From Candidatus Poribacteria bacterium (GTDB lineage Bacteria; Poribacteria; WGA-4E; WGA-3G), in contig CBDBFU010000002.1 in assembly GCA_965205025.1 (NCBI GenBank), forward strand, positions 96,001 through 160,000: a DNA stretch of 64,000 bases, written 5' to 3'. The notes below the pieces were generated by a model that worked only from the letters and a program-made list of their open reading frames with translations, was not told the DNA's origin and searched no databases. A program made the translations under genes and the position numbers. Positions 30,893-42,095 of this stretch are shown piece after piece (positions within the stretch are counted from its first letter, which is position 1; the number at the start of each line of letters is the position of its first letter).

Positions 30893-32314
30893 ATGGAGAT
30901 AGAAATGACCCAAAGGATTACACATCTGTGTGATTATCATAATTTATTTTTTATTTTGCTTGTAAACGCTATGTTCATGTTTAGTGGAATTGGTGATGTA
31001 CCTGGTCAAGAAATGGTATCACTTCAGGCAACGCGTGCCATAGAACTCGCCTTACAAAACAACGAAGCAGTAAAAAAAGCAGAAAAAGTAGTGCAACGAG
31101 CAAAGGCAAACCTCGGCGTATCCAAAGCAGTATACTTACCTCAGGTTGGTATTACCAGTGAATATAAACGGCAAAAAGATGGTGATTTTGAAGATAGAGA
31201 TTATCTCACTCGCGCACAAATGAGTTTTCTCTTTGCACAATTCGGTGAAATACCAGACGGACTTGATAATGCACATGAACAGGTACGTAAGGCAGAAATT
31301 GAGTACGAAAGAGTAAAGAAGGAAACTGTTCATGCTGTGCGAAATCTCTGGCATGACATTACACTTACACAAGAGGAAATTACACAACGACAAGCAATTG
31401 AGGTAGAACTACAAAAGAAGCTAAAGGGAACTCAAATCAAACATAAAGAAAAACGTATTCCTTTTCTTAGTCGACTCAATACGGAACTTGAACTATCTGA
31501 ACAACAACTTTCACTAAACAGACTACAACGTCGACTTGATGTTGACACTGCAGAACTCATCCGTCTTACTGGATTGGATCCACTTGCACAGGTGTCTTTA
31601 TCTCAACCACTCACTGACGACGAAGTGACATTGGAAGAAGCAGTTGAACTTGCACTTACAAATCGACTTGATCTGCAAGACTTACAAGGTGATATTACTC
31701 GGCAAGAACGATTGGTTGCAGAGACAATATGGAACAGATTTCCTGAACTCTCCGCTGAAGCACGTTATAGAGACCTACACCTACTATTGGAACAACACCA
31801 ACAGAATAATACCTGGGATGCAAAGGCATTGTATGATCCTGCGATTCTTAATCGGGAAGGCAATCTACCGAGTCCTTTTGAAATAAACCCTCGAACACAA
31901 GATGGTTGGGAACTTCGTTTCAATATCAATATTCCGTTATATGATGGCAAAAAGACTGAAAACCTTCGTTCAGCAGAACTGGCTGAATTGGAACGTCTCC
32001 AATTAGAATATATAGAAATAGCCAAGTTAATCAAGGTGGCAGTCCGGCGTGATTACCGTGAAGTAGCAAATGCGAAAGAACGGATGGAAATAGAACAGAA
32101 ACGTGTTAAGATCTTTGAACAACAATTACGCACTATAGAGCGAGTCTTGGACGAAGTCACTGTTGAAATACCTGGATACCGAGGATTAACATTTAACGAT
32201 GCTTTTCAGGCACAAGCACAATTCACTGAAGCGCAACGAGTATCTTATCAAGCCAGACGAGACTATGCCAAAGCAAAGGAAAGATTACGTGAAACAATGG
32301 CATGGATTGAGTAA
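30893..32314 (+). CDS. TolC family outer membrane efflux protein
   Basis: Signal peptide, AIELALQNN, YLPQVG, LEEAVELALTNRLDL and NIPLYDG, consistent with two OEP repeats. Confidence 0.88.
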   Translation: MEIEMTQRITHLCDYHNLFFILLVNAMFMFSGIGDVPGQEMVSLQATRAIELALQNNEAVKKAEKVVQRAKANLGVSKAVYLPQVGITSEYKRQKDGDFEDRDYLTRAQMSFLFAQFGEIPDGLDNAHEQVRKAEIEYERVKKETVHAVRNLWHDITLTQEEITQRQAIEVELQKKLKGTQIKHKEKRIPFLSRLNTELELSEQQLSLNRLQRRLDVDTAELIRLTGLDPLAQVSLSQPLTDDEVTLEEAVELALTNRLDLQDLQGDITRQERLVAETIWNRFPELSAEARYRDLHLLLEQHQQNNTWDAKALYDPAILNREGNLPSPFEINPRTQDGWELRFNINIPLYDGKKTENLRSAELAELERLQLEYIEIAKLIKVAVRRDYREVANAKERMEIEQKRVKIFEQQLRTIERVLDEVTVEIPGYRGLTFNDAFQAQAQFTEAQRVSYQARRDYAKAKERLRETMAWIE

Positions 32315-32551
32315 ACACAATTGAACAGATTAAGTTTTTCCCACTCCCTTTTAAGACCTTGACTTTCTCTAAAATTCACCTCAATTTATTTTGCATAATC
32401 TGAACAATTTCCATATCATTTTGCATTTTTCTTGTATCATTTTTTAGGTATTTTCTGTTATAATTATATATCATAATTTAGAGAATATTGATAAAAATCT
32501 AACCTTTTTTAGCCTTAAAACACACATAATCACATATAAGCAGGGGGTTCC

Positions 32552-35500
32552 ATGTCATCGGATTTTGTCCATTTACACAACCATAGCGAATACAGTATGC
32601 TTGACGGTGCATGTCGCATTTCCGATATGATCCAGTGGGCAGTTGAAAATAGTACTCCCGCCGTTGCACTCACCGATCACGGTAATATGTTTGGTGCGTG
32701 GGAGTTTTACAAAACTGCGGAAGAAGCGGGTGTAAACCCGATTGTTGGATGTGAGGTATATGTCGCACCTGGCTCTCGGTTAGAACGTGGCAAAGAACAA
32801 GGTAACCCTTACCATTTAACTCTACTTGTAGAGAATGCTGCTGGCTACCAAAACCTCCTTGAATTGGTATCGCTTGGTTACACCGAAGGTTTCTACAGTA
32901 AACCGCGTATTGACATGGAGAAATTGCGTGAACACCGTGAAGGGATAATTGCACTGACAGGTTGCATTCAAGGACAAGTTCCGCAACTCCTTTCCTCCAA
33001 CAAACGTGAAGAAGGAATCCAAAATTTCAAAACTCTGATTGACATAATGGGAGAACGGAACCTCTATGTTGAAGTGCAAAACCATTATATTGACAAGGAA
33101 CTTGAAGCTTACCCGATCATGGTTGATTTAGCGCGAGAATTCAACCTTCCTCTTGTTGGCACCAACGATTGTCATTACCTTAGAAAATCCGATCATAGAA
33201 TGCACGATGTTCTTCTCTGTATCCAGACAAAGAAAACTGTAAATGACGCCGATCGAATGCAGTTTGACAATCATTTTTATTTTAAGAATGTGGATGAGAT
33301 GCGGGAAGTCCTCAAAGATTTTCCACCTGAAGTTATCAGTAACACTGTTGAAATAGCAAATCGATGTAATCTTAAACTTGATTACGGTCAGAGTATAATG
33401 CCGAAATATGAGGTTCCAGAAGGACATACAAATGAGAGTTACCTAAAGGAACTCTGTGTCCAAGGTTTACGAGAGAAAATGGGTGGAGAACTCTCCTCGG
33501 AGGTCCAGCAACGATTGGATCATGAACTTGACATAATTAACAAAACAGGTTACCCCGGTTATTTCCTGATTGTATGGGACTATGTCAAATTCGCCAACCA
33601 GCAAGGATATCCACTTACTGCTCGGGGTTCTGCTGCTGGTAGTCTTGTGCTTTATGCGCTTGATGTAATTACTTTCAATCCAATGGATTATGACTGTCTT
33701 TTTGAAAGGTTTCTGAATCTTGAACGTATAAGTCCACCTGATATTGACATAGACTTTTCAGATCGCACGCGTGCCTTTGTTATAGAATATCTTGTGGAAA
33801 AGTATGGCCCCGATTCTGTTGGCAAAGTTGCAACATTTTCAACTCTGGGGGCAAAGGGATCTATCAAAGATGTTGGTCGAGCACTCGATGTTCCTTTGGA
33901 GAATGTCAATAAGTTAACTCAATTGATTCCAAGTAATCCACCAGGTATTACACTTGACGAGGCGTTGGATCAAGTACCCGAATTTAAGACACTTTCCGAA
34001 CAGCCTGAAAATAAAGAACTGATGGATCTCAGTTTGGCAGTTGAAGGCATGAAACGACATGTCTCCTGCCATGCCTCTGCAATCGTCGTCTCAAACGGCC
34101 CCATGACAGATTTTGCTCCGTTATTCAAGGATAAACATGATCAGGTCGCTACACAATTTGAAGGGAAAACAGTTGAAAATGTTGGTATTGTTAAATTCGA
34201 TTTTCTTGGTGTTCGCAGTCTGACTGAGATTCAGGATTGCATTGAAATGATTAAATCAAATCATGGTAAAGATATAAAGTTAGAAGATATACCATTTGAT
34301 GATGATAAGACCTATTCAGTAATTAATAAAGGTTTGATTCAAGGATTATTCCAATTGGAATCCTCTCCTGGTATGCTTCGAGTTGTAACACAACTCAAAC
34401 CAGATAATTTTGAGGATTTCTCAGCGATTCCTGCCCTTTATCGTCCAGGTCCGTTGGAAAGTGGAATGACACAGCAATTCATTGATCGAAAAAACGGCTT
34501 GGAAAATGTTGAATACATACACTCTTCGCTTGAAAATGCACTCCAAAAAACTTACGGTGTCTGTGTTTATCAGGAACAGGTAATGCAAATTGCACGTGAC
34601 ATGGCAGGTTTTACACTTGGTGAGGCGGATATCCTACGGGATGCGATGGGTAAAAAGAAGATGGACCTTCTCAAAGAACAACGTCCGAAATTCATTGAAG
34701 GGGCAGTTAATAACGGTATTTTAGAAAAAGATGCAGAAAAAATGTATGACCTGTTAGTTCCGTTTGGTGGATATGCCTTCAACAAATCGCATACGGTTGC
34801 ATATTCTATGTTAGCATACCGTATGGCGTATCTGAAAACACACTATCCTCATGAATTTATGGCATCAATGATGACAGGTGAAGCAGGAATTTCAGAAAAG
34901 CTTATACGGTACAGAGCCGAATGTGGGAAACTTTCTGACTTTCTTGATGTAGAAATTAATACGCTTCGCCCCGATGTCAACAGCAGTAATAAAGATTTTG
35001 CTGTAGATGGGAACGATATCTGTTTCGGTTTTGTAGCAGTAAAAAACGTAGGTGATAATGCAATAGACGCAATTATTGAAGCAAGAGAAGAGGGTGGATC
35101 ATTTACATCCCTACAAGATTTCTGTGAACGAGTGGATACAAGAGTGGTCAACAAACGTGCTATTGAAAGCCTTATTCTTTGTGGTGCTTTTGATTCACTT
35201 GATGGAAATCGAGCTGAACTCCTTGATAACTTAGAAAATATATTGAAAGTTGCTCAGAACGCTCAAGCGGAACGTGACCGTGGTCAAATGAATCTTTTTG
35301 AAGAAACTAAAGAAGCACCACCGTCAAATGTGGCACTCACAGAAACCCCCGATTTTGATTTTTTAGAACGGTTAAAGTTGGAAAAGGATCAACTTGGGTT
35401 TTATGTGTCAGGACATCCACTTCAAGAATATAAAGATATCATCGAATACTATACAACAGCAAGCACACAAACTCTTAGTGTGCATCCGATTGAATCCGAC

Positions 35501-36094
35501 GTTAGTGTAGCGGGGATGATCACTGATGTTAAAAGTCTTACTACAAAAAAAGGCGAACCGATGGCGGTCCTAATGTTTGAGGATTTAGAGGGTTCAATAG
35601 AGGTTGTTGTTTTTCCTGATGCTTATAAAGAAGCAGGTGAGCTTTTTGAAGGTAGGATAGTATGGATTGAAGGTAAAGTTAAGATTAATCAGAACGGAAG
35701 AAATCGAAATTCAGACGGTGAAACTGAGGAAGAAGAAGAGGAACGACAAATACAAGCTGACAAAATTACCGATATAGAAACTGTTGCAGAAGAACAGACT
35801 TGTGCAGTTGAAGTATTAATATCGGAAGCCGATATTGAGAACCTTGACAAAATGAAAGCATTCAGAGAGATCGTGTCTGCTAACAGAGGTAAGCTTGATG
35901 TTGTTTTACGTTTGATGAGTCCACAATTCGGTGAAGTAATTGCTCGTTGTGGGTCTAAGTATAAGATAGAGAAGACAGATTCTGTTTTTGAACAGGTAGA
36001 AAATCTGTTCGGGGAAGATTCTATCAAATGTAGTAATAGGACAAAGCAAAAAAAGAAAAATGGGAACCGGTTTGCAAGAATGGATTATGTTTAA
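32552..36094 (+). CDS. dnaE: DNA polymerase III alpha subunit
   Basis: PHP motifs HLHNHSEYSMLDG and TDHGNMFG. Also RGSAAGSLV, PDIDIDF, KFDFLG, YAFNKSH and an OB fold. Confidence 0.99.
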   Translation: MSSDFVHLHNHSEYSMLDGACRISDMIQWAVENSTPAVALTDHGNMFGAWEFYKTAEEAGVNPIVGCEVYVAPGSRLERGKEQGNPYHLTLLVENAAGYQNLLELVSLGYTEGFYSKPRIDMEKLREHREGIIALTGCIQGQVPQLLSSNKREEGIQNFKTLIDIMGERNLYVEVQNHYIDKELEAYPIMVDLAREFNLPLVGTNDCHYLRKSDHRMHDVLLCIQTKKTVNDADRMQFDNHFYFKNVDEMREVLKDFPPEVISNTVEIANRCNLKLDYGQSIMPKYEVPEGHTNESYLKELCVQGLREKMGGELSSEVQQRLDHELDIINKTGYPGYFLIVWDYVKFANQQGYPLTARGSAAGSLVLYALDVITFNPMDYDCLFERFLNLERISPPDIDIDFSDRTRAFVIEYLVEKYGPDSVGKVATFSTLGAKGSIKDVGRALDVPLENVNKLTQLIPSNPPGITLDEALDQVPEFKTLSEQPENKELMDLSLAVEGMKRHVSCHASAIVVSNGPMTDFAPLFKDKHDQVATQFEGKTVENVGIVKFDFLGVRSLTEIQDCIEMIKSNHGKDIKLEDIPFDDDKTYSVINKGLIQGLFQLESSPGMLRVVTQLKPDNFEDFSAIPALYRPGPLESGMTQQFIDRKNGLENVEYIHSSLENALQKTYGVCVYQEQVMQIARDMAGFTLGEADILRDAMGKKKMDLLKEQRPKFIEGAVNNGILEKDAEKMYDLLVPFGGYAFNKSHTVAYSMLAYRMAYLKTHYPHEFMASMMTGEAGISEKLIRYRAECGKLSDFLDVEINTLRPDVNSSNKDFAVDGNDICFGFVAVKNVGDNAIDAIIEAREEGGSFTSLQDFCERVDTRVVNKRAIESLILCGAFDSLDGNRAELLDNLENILKVAQNAQAERDRGQMNLFEETKEAPPSNVALTETPDFDFLERLKLEKDQLGFYVSGHPLQEYKDIIEYYTTASTQTLSVHPIESDVSVAGMITDVKSLTTKKGEPMAVLMFEDLEGSIEVVVFPDAYKEAGELFEGRIVWIEGKVKINQNGRNRNSDGETEEEEEERQIQADKITDIETVAEEQTCAVEVLISEADIENLDKMKAFREIVSANRGKLDVVLRLMSPQFGEVIARCGSKYKIEKTDSVFEQVENLFGEDSIKCSNRTKQKKKNGNRFARMDYV

Positions 36095-36156
36095 GACCAG
36101 ACTTATTTATAGAATAAGCAACTACCATCTAAATTTTATAAGGGAATTAAGCAATT

Positions 36157-36978
36157 ATGCAATATCGTACACTCGGTAAAACAGGACTTCGTGTTTCAGA
36201 AATTGGCTATGGTGGTGGTAGAGTTCGTCCAGAGCATGATGAAAACGCTTTGGTTAACATGCTTCACTATGCCATCGGTAATGGCGTAAATTATTTTGAC
36301 ACAGCATCTTCATACGGTGGTGGGTATAGTGAAACAGTACTCGGTAAAGCGATTGCAGGACGACGAAATGCTTGTATTGTAGCCACCAAAACAAAGGCGA
36401 TTGACCCCAATGGTATTACTGATGAAGTTGAAGGGAGTTTACAACGTCTTGGAACAGATTTTATTGATATTCTTCAATTTCACGGTGGTTGGTTTCATAC
36501 TGATGAAGCTAACCAGATCTTGAATAATGGTGGATTAGAAACCTATCTTAAGCTGAAAGAAGAAGGTAAGGTTCGGTATATAGGTTTTTCTGCTGATGGT
36601 CCTTCAGGTGGAATTGAGCTGCTAATTGCTACAGGTGAATTCGATATGATACAAACTCATTATAACCTTATGTATCAGAGCACTTACGATGCATTCAGTG
36701 GACAAGGTATTATTCCTGATGCTGTTAAGCAAGATATGGGTATTGTGCTAATGCGTTCTACCACAAGTAATGCCTTCCAAAATCTTATTAAACAGTGTTT
36801 TGCGGATGAGATGGCAGATGTTGATATAGATAGTTTTCTGTTGAATTATACGCTTTCGAACCCAATGGTAAATGTTGCTTTGATGAGTCTGCAAAGTATA
36901 AAGGATGTAGATTGGACAAAGGCTGTGTCTGACGATGTTAATGGACGATTAGATCTGAAAGCGATTCATGGGAGGTAA
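36157..36978 (+). CDS. aldo/keto reductase
   Basis: YRTLGKTGLRVSEIG, FDTASSYG, SLQRLGTDFID and GKVRYIGFS. Confidence 0.93.
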   Translation: MQYRTLGKTGLRVSEIGYGGGRVRPEHDENALVNMLHYAIGNGVNYFDTASSYGGGYSETVLGKAIAGRRNACIVATKTKAIDPNGITDEVEGSLQRLGTDFIDILQFHGGWFHTDEANQILNNGGLETYLKLKEEGKVRYIGFSADGPSGGIELLIATGEFDMIQTHYNLMYQSTYDAFSGQGIIPDAVKQDMGIVLMRSTTSNAFQNLIKQCFADEMADVDIDSFLLNYTLSNPMVNVALMSLQSIKDVDWTKAVSDDVNGRLDLKAIHGR

Positions 36979-37045
36979 TTGATAAGATATTTGATACAAC
37001 TTCGCATTTTCAGTTGTCAATCTGGAATATAGTCCTGCGTTTATT

Positions 37046-37465
37046 TTATTGATACTGACTTGGCTTCCGAGGTGGTTTCACATCAATCGGTGCCTCTTCC
37101 TTATTCAACACCTCAATCAAACGATAATCGTATATACCTACATCTTGGATTTCATAGGCGTATTCATATACACTAACCTTTAGTGTATAGATATATCCTG
37201 GTTCATAATCAAATCCGTCTATACCATCATAGAAGAAATGCCAACGTTGTGCTTCCTCGTTGTATTCGAGATAACACTCTTGTTCAAAAGCTCCGGTACA
37301 AGTTGTCCTGTAGGGACCGATTATAAGGATTTTTGTATTCGCGTCACATCGCGTAATCCACGAACCTTTACATGGACTCTTGAATTCGGAGTCGGGTCCG
37401 CATCCAATGGTTAGGGGTAGAAGGATTAGTGTAGTTACGAGTATTATTCTTGTCGAGGAATACAT
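37046..37465 (-). CDS. DUF4377-like lipoprotein
   Basis: Lipobox LTIGC, and C.G....CY...W.FFYDGIDGFDYEPGYIYTLKV...Y.LIEVL.K. Confidence 0.75.
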   Translation of the reverse strand: MYSSTRIILVTTLILLPLTIGCGPDSEFKSPCKGSWITRCDANTKILIIGPYRTTCTGAFEQECYLEYNEEAQRWHFFYDGIDGFDYEPGYIYTLKVSVYEYAYEIQDVGIYDYRLIEVLNKEEAPIDVKPPRKPSQYQ

Positions 37466-37677
37466 CTATACCCCTTTGGTACCAAGAATTGTCTTATATC
37501 CATCCAATGCATTGCCAACCTTAAACTTTCAACCGAAGAAAACGTTAATATCAATATGTTAGAACATGTCTATATTTCTCGTAGGTGAACTGTAAAAACT
37601 GTCAAACTGGTTGGTACATCCAATTTCAATTTTCTAAAATTCAAATTAATCTAATTATTAACTTCAAAGACAACCAA

Positions 37678-38421
37678 ATGACACTTGAATCTGCTTACCA
37701 AATTGCTACAATTGTAATAGCACTAACAGCATTTGTGAAATATGTGATTCCTCGCATAAAAAAGATAGTAGTGAATTGGTGGAACAAAATACGCGATCGA
37801 ACTGAATTCATTTTGGGCTATAAAACTAAATCAAGACAAGAAGAAACACACTCTGCAGAATACACAATTGGTTATCTTTTTATATGTTACAAAACAAGCA
37901 ATAGAAAGGCATTTATTCATTGGAAGTATATATTTCTAGACTCCTTCTATAGATGGATTGCTAAAATATACAAATTCGAGAATTTAGCGATTACAAAAAG
38001 CATGAATAACTTCATTAAATTCGTTAAGGAAAGATCTAAAACAACAGACGGTAGTAGTGCCTCATATATTTACAAAGAGGAAAGAACGCTGGCATTTTAC
38101 CCTATAAAAGAGTTCAATCATTCTCCTAGTTGGACCAGACTTCCTTATGTAGAAAGAGAAATATATACATATTTCAAATGTTACGAAACTAAAAAACAAA
38201 ATCAATACGATCTCCGGAACGGGGAAAGATGGATGAAATCAGAAGAATTAGATAGTTGGGAATGGCTTGGAATTGCACGTGTGAATGTAAATCATAACCA
38301 AGACCCACTAATGCCTGAATCAAAAAAGATAATAAAGTTGCTCAAAAAAGGGTTCAAAAAACAATTCGTAGTTGATAAAATAGGACACATTGTCTGTATA
38401 AAAAGACGTACTGTGCGTTAA
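37678..38421 (+). CDS. hypothetical protein with N-terminal TM
   Basis: AT-rich ORF (track 37585..38421). Likely start MTLESAYQIATIVIAL. Confidence 0.55.
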   Translation: MTLESAYQIATIVIALTAFVKYVIPRIKKIVVNWWNKIRDRTEFILGYKTKSRQEETHSAEYTIGYLFICYKTSNRKAFIHWKYIFLDSFYRWIAKIYKFENLAITKSMNNFIKFVKERSKTTDGSSASYIYKEERTLAFYPIKEFNHSPSWTRLPYVEREIYTYFKCYETKKQNQYDLRNGERWMKSEELDSWEWLGIARVNVNHNQDPLMPESKKIIKLLKKGFKKQFVVDKIGHIVCIKRRTVR

Positions 38422-38773
38422 AAATATTTGGAGTTACATTCCTTATATACTATACTCTTAGGCACTTTGATTACGATCTATGAAGGTTAGTTTATATCGT
38501 ATATCGGGTGTTGTTTCGCACTACCCATAGGTACCATTTAGCGTGTTTTTATTATGTTGTAGGAATTTAACTCCGATTTGAGAGAAAATCCTTAAATCGG
38601 GATGGTCTCATCAACAAGAGATGATATTCTCAAATATACGTCTATAGGTGAGTATTTCTTTACCTTTTCCAGATAGATTGGCTATAATCACCTAAACAAC
38701 TCCATGTGTTTCTATGTCTAAATAGTAATGTATTTTGTATACGGTTATCTACAATCATGGTTGAAATTTTCTT

Positions 38774-38901
38774 ATACCATTTCTATAAATGATTCTCCCA
38801 TGATTAGATGATATTTATGTCTTAAAATACAACACAAACTGGAAGTTTGTGCTACATTAAAGAGATTCTATTAATGAGACTTTAATTACCAGAAATGGTA
38901 T
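38774..38901. mobile_element. MITE-like element (ATACCATTTCT inverted ends)
   Basis: ATACCATTTCT...CACAAACTGGAAGTTTGTGCTACATTAAAGAGA...AGAAATGGTAT. Confidence 0.75.
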
Positions 38902-39038
38902 TACTTAGCTTTTCCCTTTCGTTTAATTGTTTCAACTATCGCAGTGCTTTTGCGTCGCTTTGCTTCCTTTACTGGTATAAACCGACCTGTTTTTGCATCG
39001 CGTCCGACTTTGGTAATTGTAGCTCTTTTGCGTGCCAT
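38901..39038 (-). CDS. small basic protein (45 aa), missed by the ORF track
   Basis: Strong SD AGGAGGT. Translation MARKRATITKVGRDAKTGRFIPVKEAKRRKSTAIVETIKRKGKAK. Confidence 0.75.
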   Translation of the reverse strand: MARKRATITKVGRDAKTGRFIPVKEAKRRKSTAIVETIKRKGKAK

Positions 39039-39207
39039 TAAACCCACCTCCTTTTTCTATAGGAAGTTACGCTAAATTGCTAAAAGTAATTGCTTTTAAC
39101 TGGAGAATAACACATTCTACAAGCAGATATCAAGTATATTTTGAAAATTCTAAATACGAATAGTTTATCAACCTAATTACTCTATCCTATAAAGGTAACA
39201 CCTTTAT

Positions 39208-41880
39208 CTACTCAGATAAGAAGTTGCGTATTACATAATCCAGAATTCCGCCGTGTTTGTAGTATTCTACCTCTACAGGAGAATCAATTCGGATGCGTGC
39301 TTCAGTTGTCTGTGTATCTCCATTTTCTCTTATGATTTTTAAAGTTGCCATTTGTCCGGGTTGGAGATTATTCTCAAAACCAGTAATGCTTATGATCTCA
39401 CTCCCATCAAGTTTAAGTGATTGAACATTTTCACCATCCTTAAACTGCAATGGTAGAATCCCCATACCGATAAGATTACTACGGTGTATCCGTTCGTAAC
39501 TTTCTACAACGACAGCCTTGACACCGAGGAGTTTTGGACCTTTTGCAGCCCAATCTCGTGAGCTTCCCATACCATAATCCTGTCCTGCGAAAATAACAGT
39601 AGGCACATTGATCTCACGGTAGTGTAGTGCCGCGTCATATATTGTCGTCTGTGTAGCATCCGGATACTGAAGGGTATATCCCCCTTCTACCTCAGGCGTC
39701 ATTAAATTACGGACACGTCTGTTAGCAAATGTGCCACGACTCATGACACGGTCATTACCGCGTCTTGCGCCATAGGTATTGAAATCTCGTGTTTCAACAC
39801 CGCGTTCCTGCAGATAGCTCCCTGCAGGACTGGCTGATGCGATTGCACCTGCGGGTGAAATATGGTCTGTTGTAACAGAATCACCAAAGATGCCGAGAAT
39901 GCGTGCATCGGTAATATCAGATATAGGCGCGGGTTCACGTGAAAACCCTTCAAAGAAGGGTGGGTGCTGTATGTATGTGCTTCTTTCGTTCCACGGATAA
40001 AGTACACCTGTAGCACCTTCGAGTTCTTCCCATTCTGGTGCTTGATTTCCAATTGACTCATACATTTCTTTGAATGTTCTACGGTTAACAGCATTGGCAA
40101 TCATTTCAGCGATTTCTTGGCGTGTTGGCCAAATATCCCGTAGATAAACAGCTTCACCGTTATCATTATGTCCGAGTGGTTCAGTAGCAAGGTCAATATC
40201 AATCCTCCCCGCAAGTCCATAAGCTACGACAAGTGGTGGGGACATGAGGAAATTTGCTTTAATCTCTGGATGTACCCGTGCCTCAAAGTTTCGATTACCA
40301 CTCAAGACACTTGCAGTCACAAGGTTGTTAGCATCAATAGCGTCTTGAACAACTTCGTTGAGTGGACCGCTATTACCAATACAAGTGGTGCAGCCATAAC
40401 CTACTACGTTATACCCAATCTTTTCTAAATATGGTAACAAACCTGTGTTCCGTAGATACTCCGTTACAACGCGCGATCCTGGAGCTAAACTTGTTTTAAC
40501 ATAATCCGGAACACGCAATCCTTTCTCCACTGCTTTTTTAGCGAGTAATCCTGCTCCTATCATCACAGACGGGTTGCTTGTATTTGTACAACTTGTAATG
40601 GCTGAAATTACAACGGAACCGTGTGTTATGTCCTCTTCCGTCTGATTATCAACAGTTACACCAAACCCATCCTCTGACACTGGCAATGCAAGGAGTTCAT
40701 TGAATTTGTCTTTTACATCTGATAATGCAATACGGTCCTGTGGCCGTTTTGGTCCGGCAATACTTGGCTCAATATCACCTAAATCGACTTCTAATACATC
40801 TGAATAGTCAACTTCTCCGGAACGTGGGATTCCAAACAATCCTTGTGCTTTGAGATATGTTTCTACAAAATCAACATGTGCATCATCTCTCCCTGTAAGA
40901 CGTAGGTAGTTTATGGTCTCATCGTCAGGTGGGAAGAAACCAATTGTTGCGCCATATTCAGGACACATGTTAGAGAGTGTTGCTCGGTCAGGCAGTGATA
41001 GTGCATCCACGCCTTCTCCGAAAAACTCAACAAATTTTCCAACCACAGCAGCTTCTCTAAGACGTTGTGTAATGGTCAATACGAGGTCGGTAGCGGTAAC
41101 ACCTTCTTGGAGTTCACCTTTCATATAAACACCGAGTACTTCGGGAGTTAGTATATATACTGGTTGTCCTAACATAGCTGCTTCAGCCTCAATTCCACCG
41201 ACACCCCAACCGACAATCCCTAATCCGTTTATCATTGTAGTATGTGAATCTGTACCAACGACAGTATCTGGATATGCCACTGAATCTTCTGCCATAACCA
41301 CCTGTGCAAGGTATTCGAGATTCACCTGATGAACAATACCGATAGACGGAGGAATAATCTTGAACTTATCAAAAGCTTGTTGTCCCCATTTCAAAAATTC
41401 ATATCTTTCTTTATTTCGCTCAAACTCTCTTTGTGTGTTAAACTGAAATGCATTTTCTGTACCGTATGCGTCAACTTGAATAGAGTGATCAATCACCAGG
41501 TCAACAGGAACAAGGGGTTCAATCATGCTTGCATCACCACCGAGTTCAGCAACAGCAGTACGCATTGCGGCAATATCAACGACAAGAGGTACACCTGTAA
41601 AATCTTGTGCGACCACACGTGCAGGTTTAAATGGGATCTCAGCTGCTTGTGGTGAACTGGCATCCCAACTGGCTAAATTAAGAACATCTTGCTCGGTAAT
41701 TTGGTGTCCGTCGTAATTCCGTAATAATGATTCAAGTAAAATTCGTATACTAACAGGTAAGTTCTCAATTGTTCCTTTACCTGCTTCAGCTAATGCTGGT
41801 AGCGAATAATATGTGCATTCAGAATCCCCGCTTTTAAGCGTTTTTCGGGTATTAAATAAATTATGAGAGAGGTTTGGCAT
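39208..41880 (-). CDS. acnA: aconitate hydratase A
   Basis: [41 protein letters not shown] and [10 protein letters not shown]. Confidence 0.99.
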   Translation of the reverse strand: MPNLSHNLFNTRKTLKSGDSECTYYSLPALAEAGKGTIENLPVSIRILLESLLRNYDGHQITEQDVLNLASWDASSPQAAEIPFKPARVVAQDFTGVPLVVDIAAMRTAVAELGGDASMIEPLVPVDLVIDHSIQVDAYGTENAFQFNTQREFERNKERYEFLKWGQQAFDKFKIIPPSIGIVHQVNLEYLAQVVMAEDSVAYPDTVVGTDSHTTMINGLGIVGWGVGGIEAEAAMLGQPVYILTPEVLGVYMKGELQEGVTATDLVLTITQRLREAAVVGKFVEFFGEGVDALSLPDRATLSNMCPEYGATIGFFPPDDETINYLRLTGRDDAHVDFVETYLKAQGLFGIPRSGEVDYSDVLEVDLGDIEPSIAGPKRPQDRIALSDVKDKFNELLALPVSEDGFGVTVDNQTEEDITHGSVVISAITSCTNTSNPSVMIGAGLLAKKAVEKGLRVPDYVKTSLAPGSRVVTEYLRNTGLLPYLEKIGYNVVGYGCTTCIGNSGPLNEVVQDAIDANNLVTASVLSGNRNFEARVHPEIKANFLMSPPLVVAYGLAGRIDIDLATEPLGHNDNGEAVYLRDIWPTRQEIAEMIANAVNRRTFKEMYESIGNQAPEWEELEGATGVLYPWNERSTYIQHPPFFEGFSREPAPISDITDARILGIFGDSVTTDHISPAGAIASASPAGSYLQERGVETRDFNTYGARRGNDRVMSRGTFANRRVRNLMTPEVEGGYTLQYPDATQTTIYDAALHYREINVPTVIFAGQDYGMGSSRDWAAKGPKLLGVKAVVVESYERIHRSNLIGMGILPLQFKDGENVQSLKLDGSEIISITGFENNLQPGQMATLKIIRENGDTQTTEARIRIDSPVEVEYYKHGGILDYVIRNFLSE

Positions 41881-42013
41881 CAATAACTCCTTTATATAAA
41901 TGATGTGTCTTATGTTATTTTATCATAGCAGGTATCCGATTTCAATTCTATTGGATGTTAAGTGCATAAAGTTTTTGGCATGAATTCCCTTATCTTGTGT
42001 TTGGATTACAATG

Positions 42014-42061
42014 AAAAAACCTGATTCAGTTATTCGCGGTGCGTTTTAACTGAATCAGGTT
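42014..42061 (-). terminator. intrinsic terminator after the NPCBM gene pair
   Basis: AACCTGATTCAGTTA stem followed by a T run on the minus strand. Confidence 0.75.
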
Positions 42062-42095
42062 ACGAATTATGATACTACTCATAAATAGGTAAGGT

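Noticed and set aside
32552-36094. Intein or split in dnaE
   Set aside because: Length is normal (1180 aa) and no intein or homing endonuclease motifs were seen.
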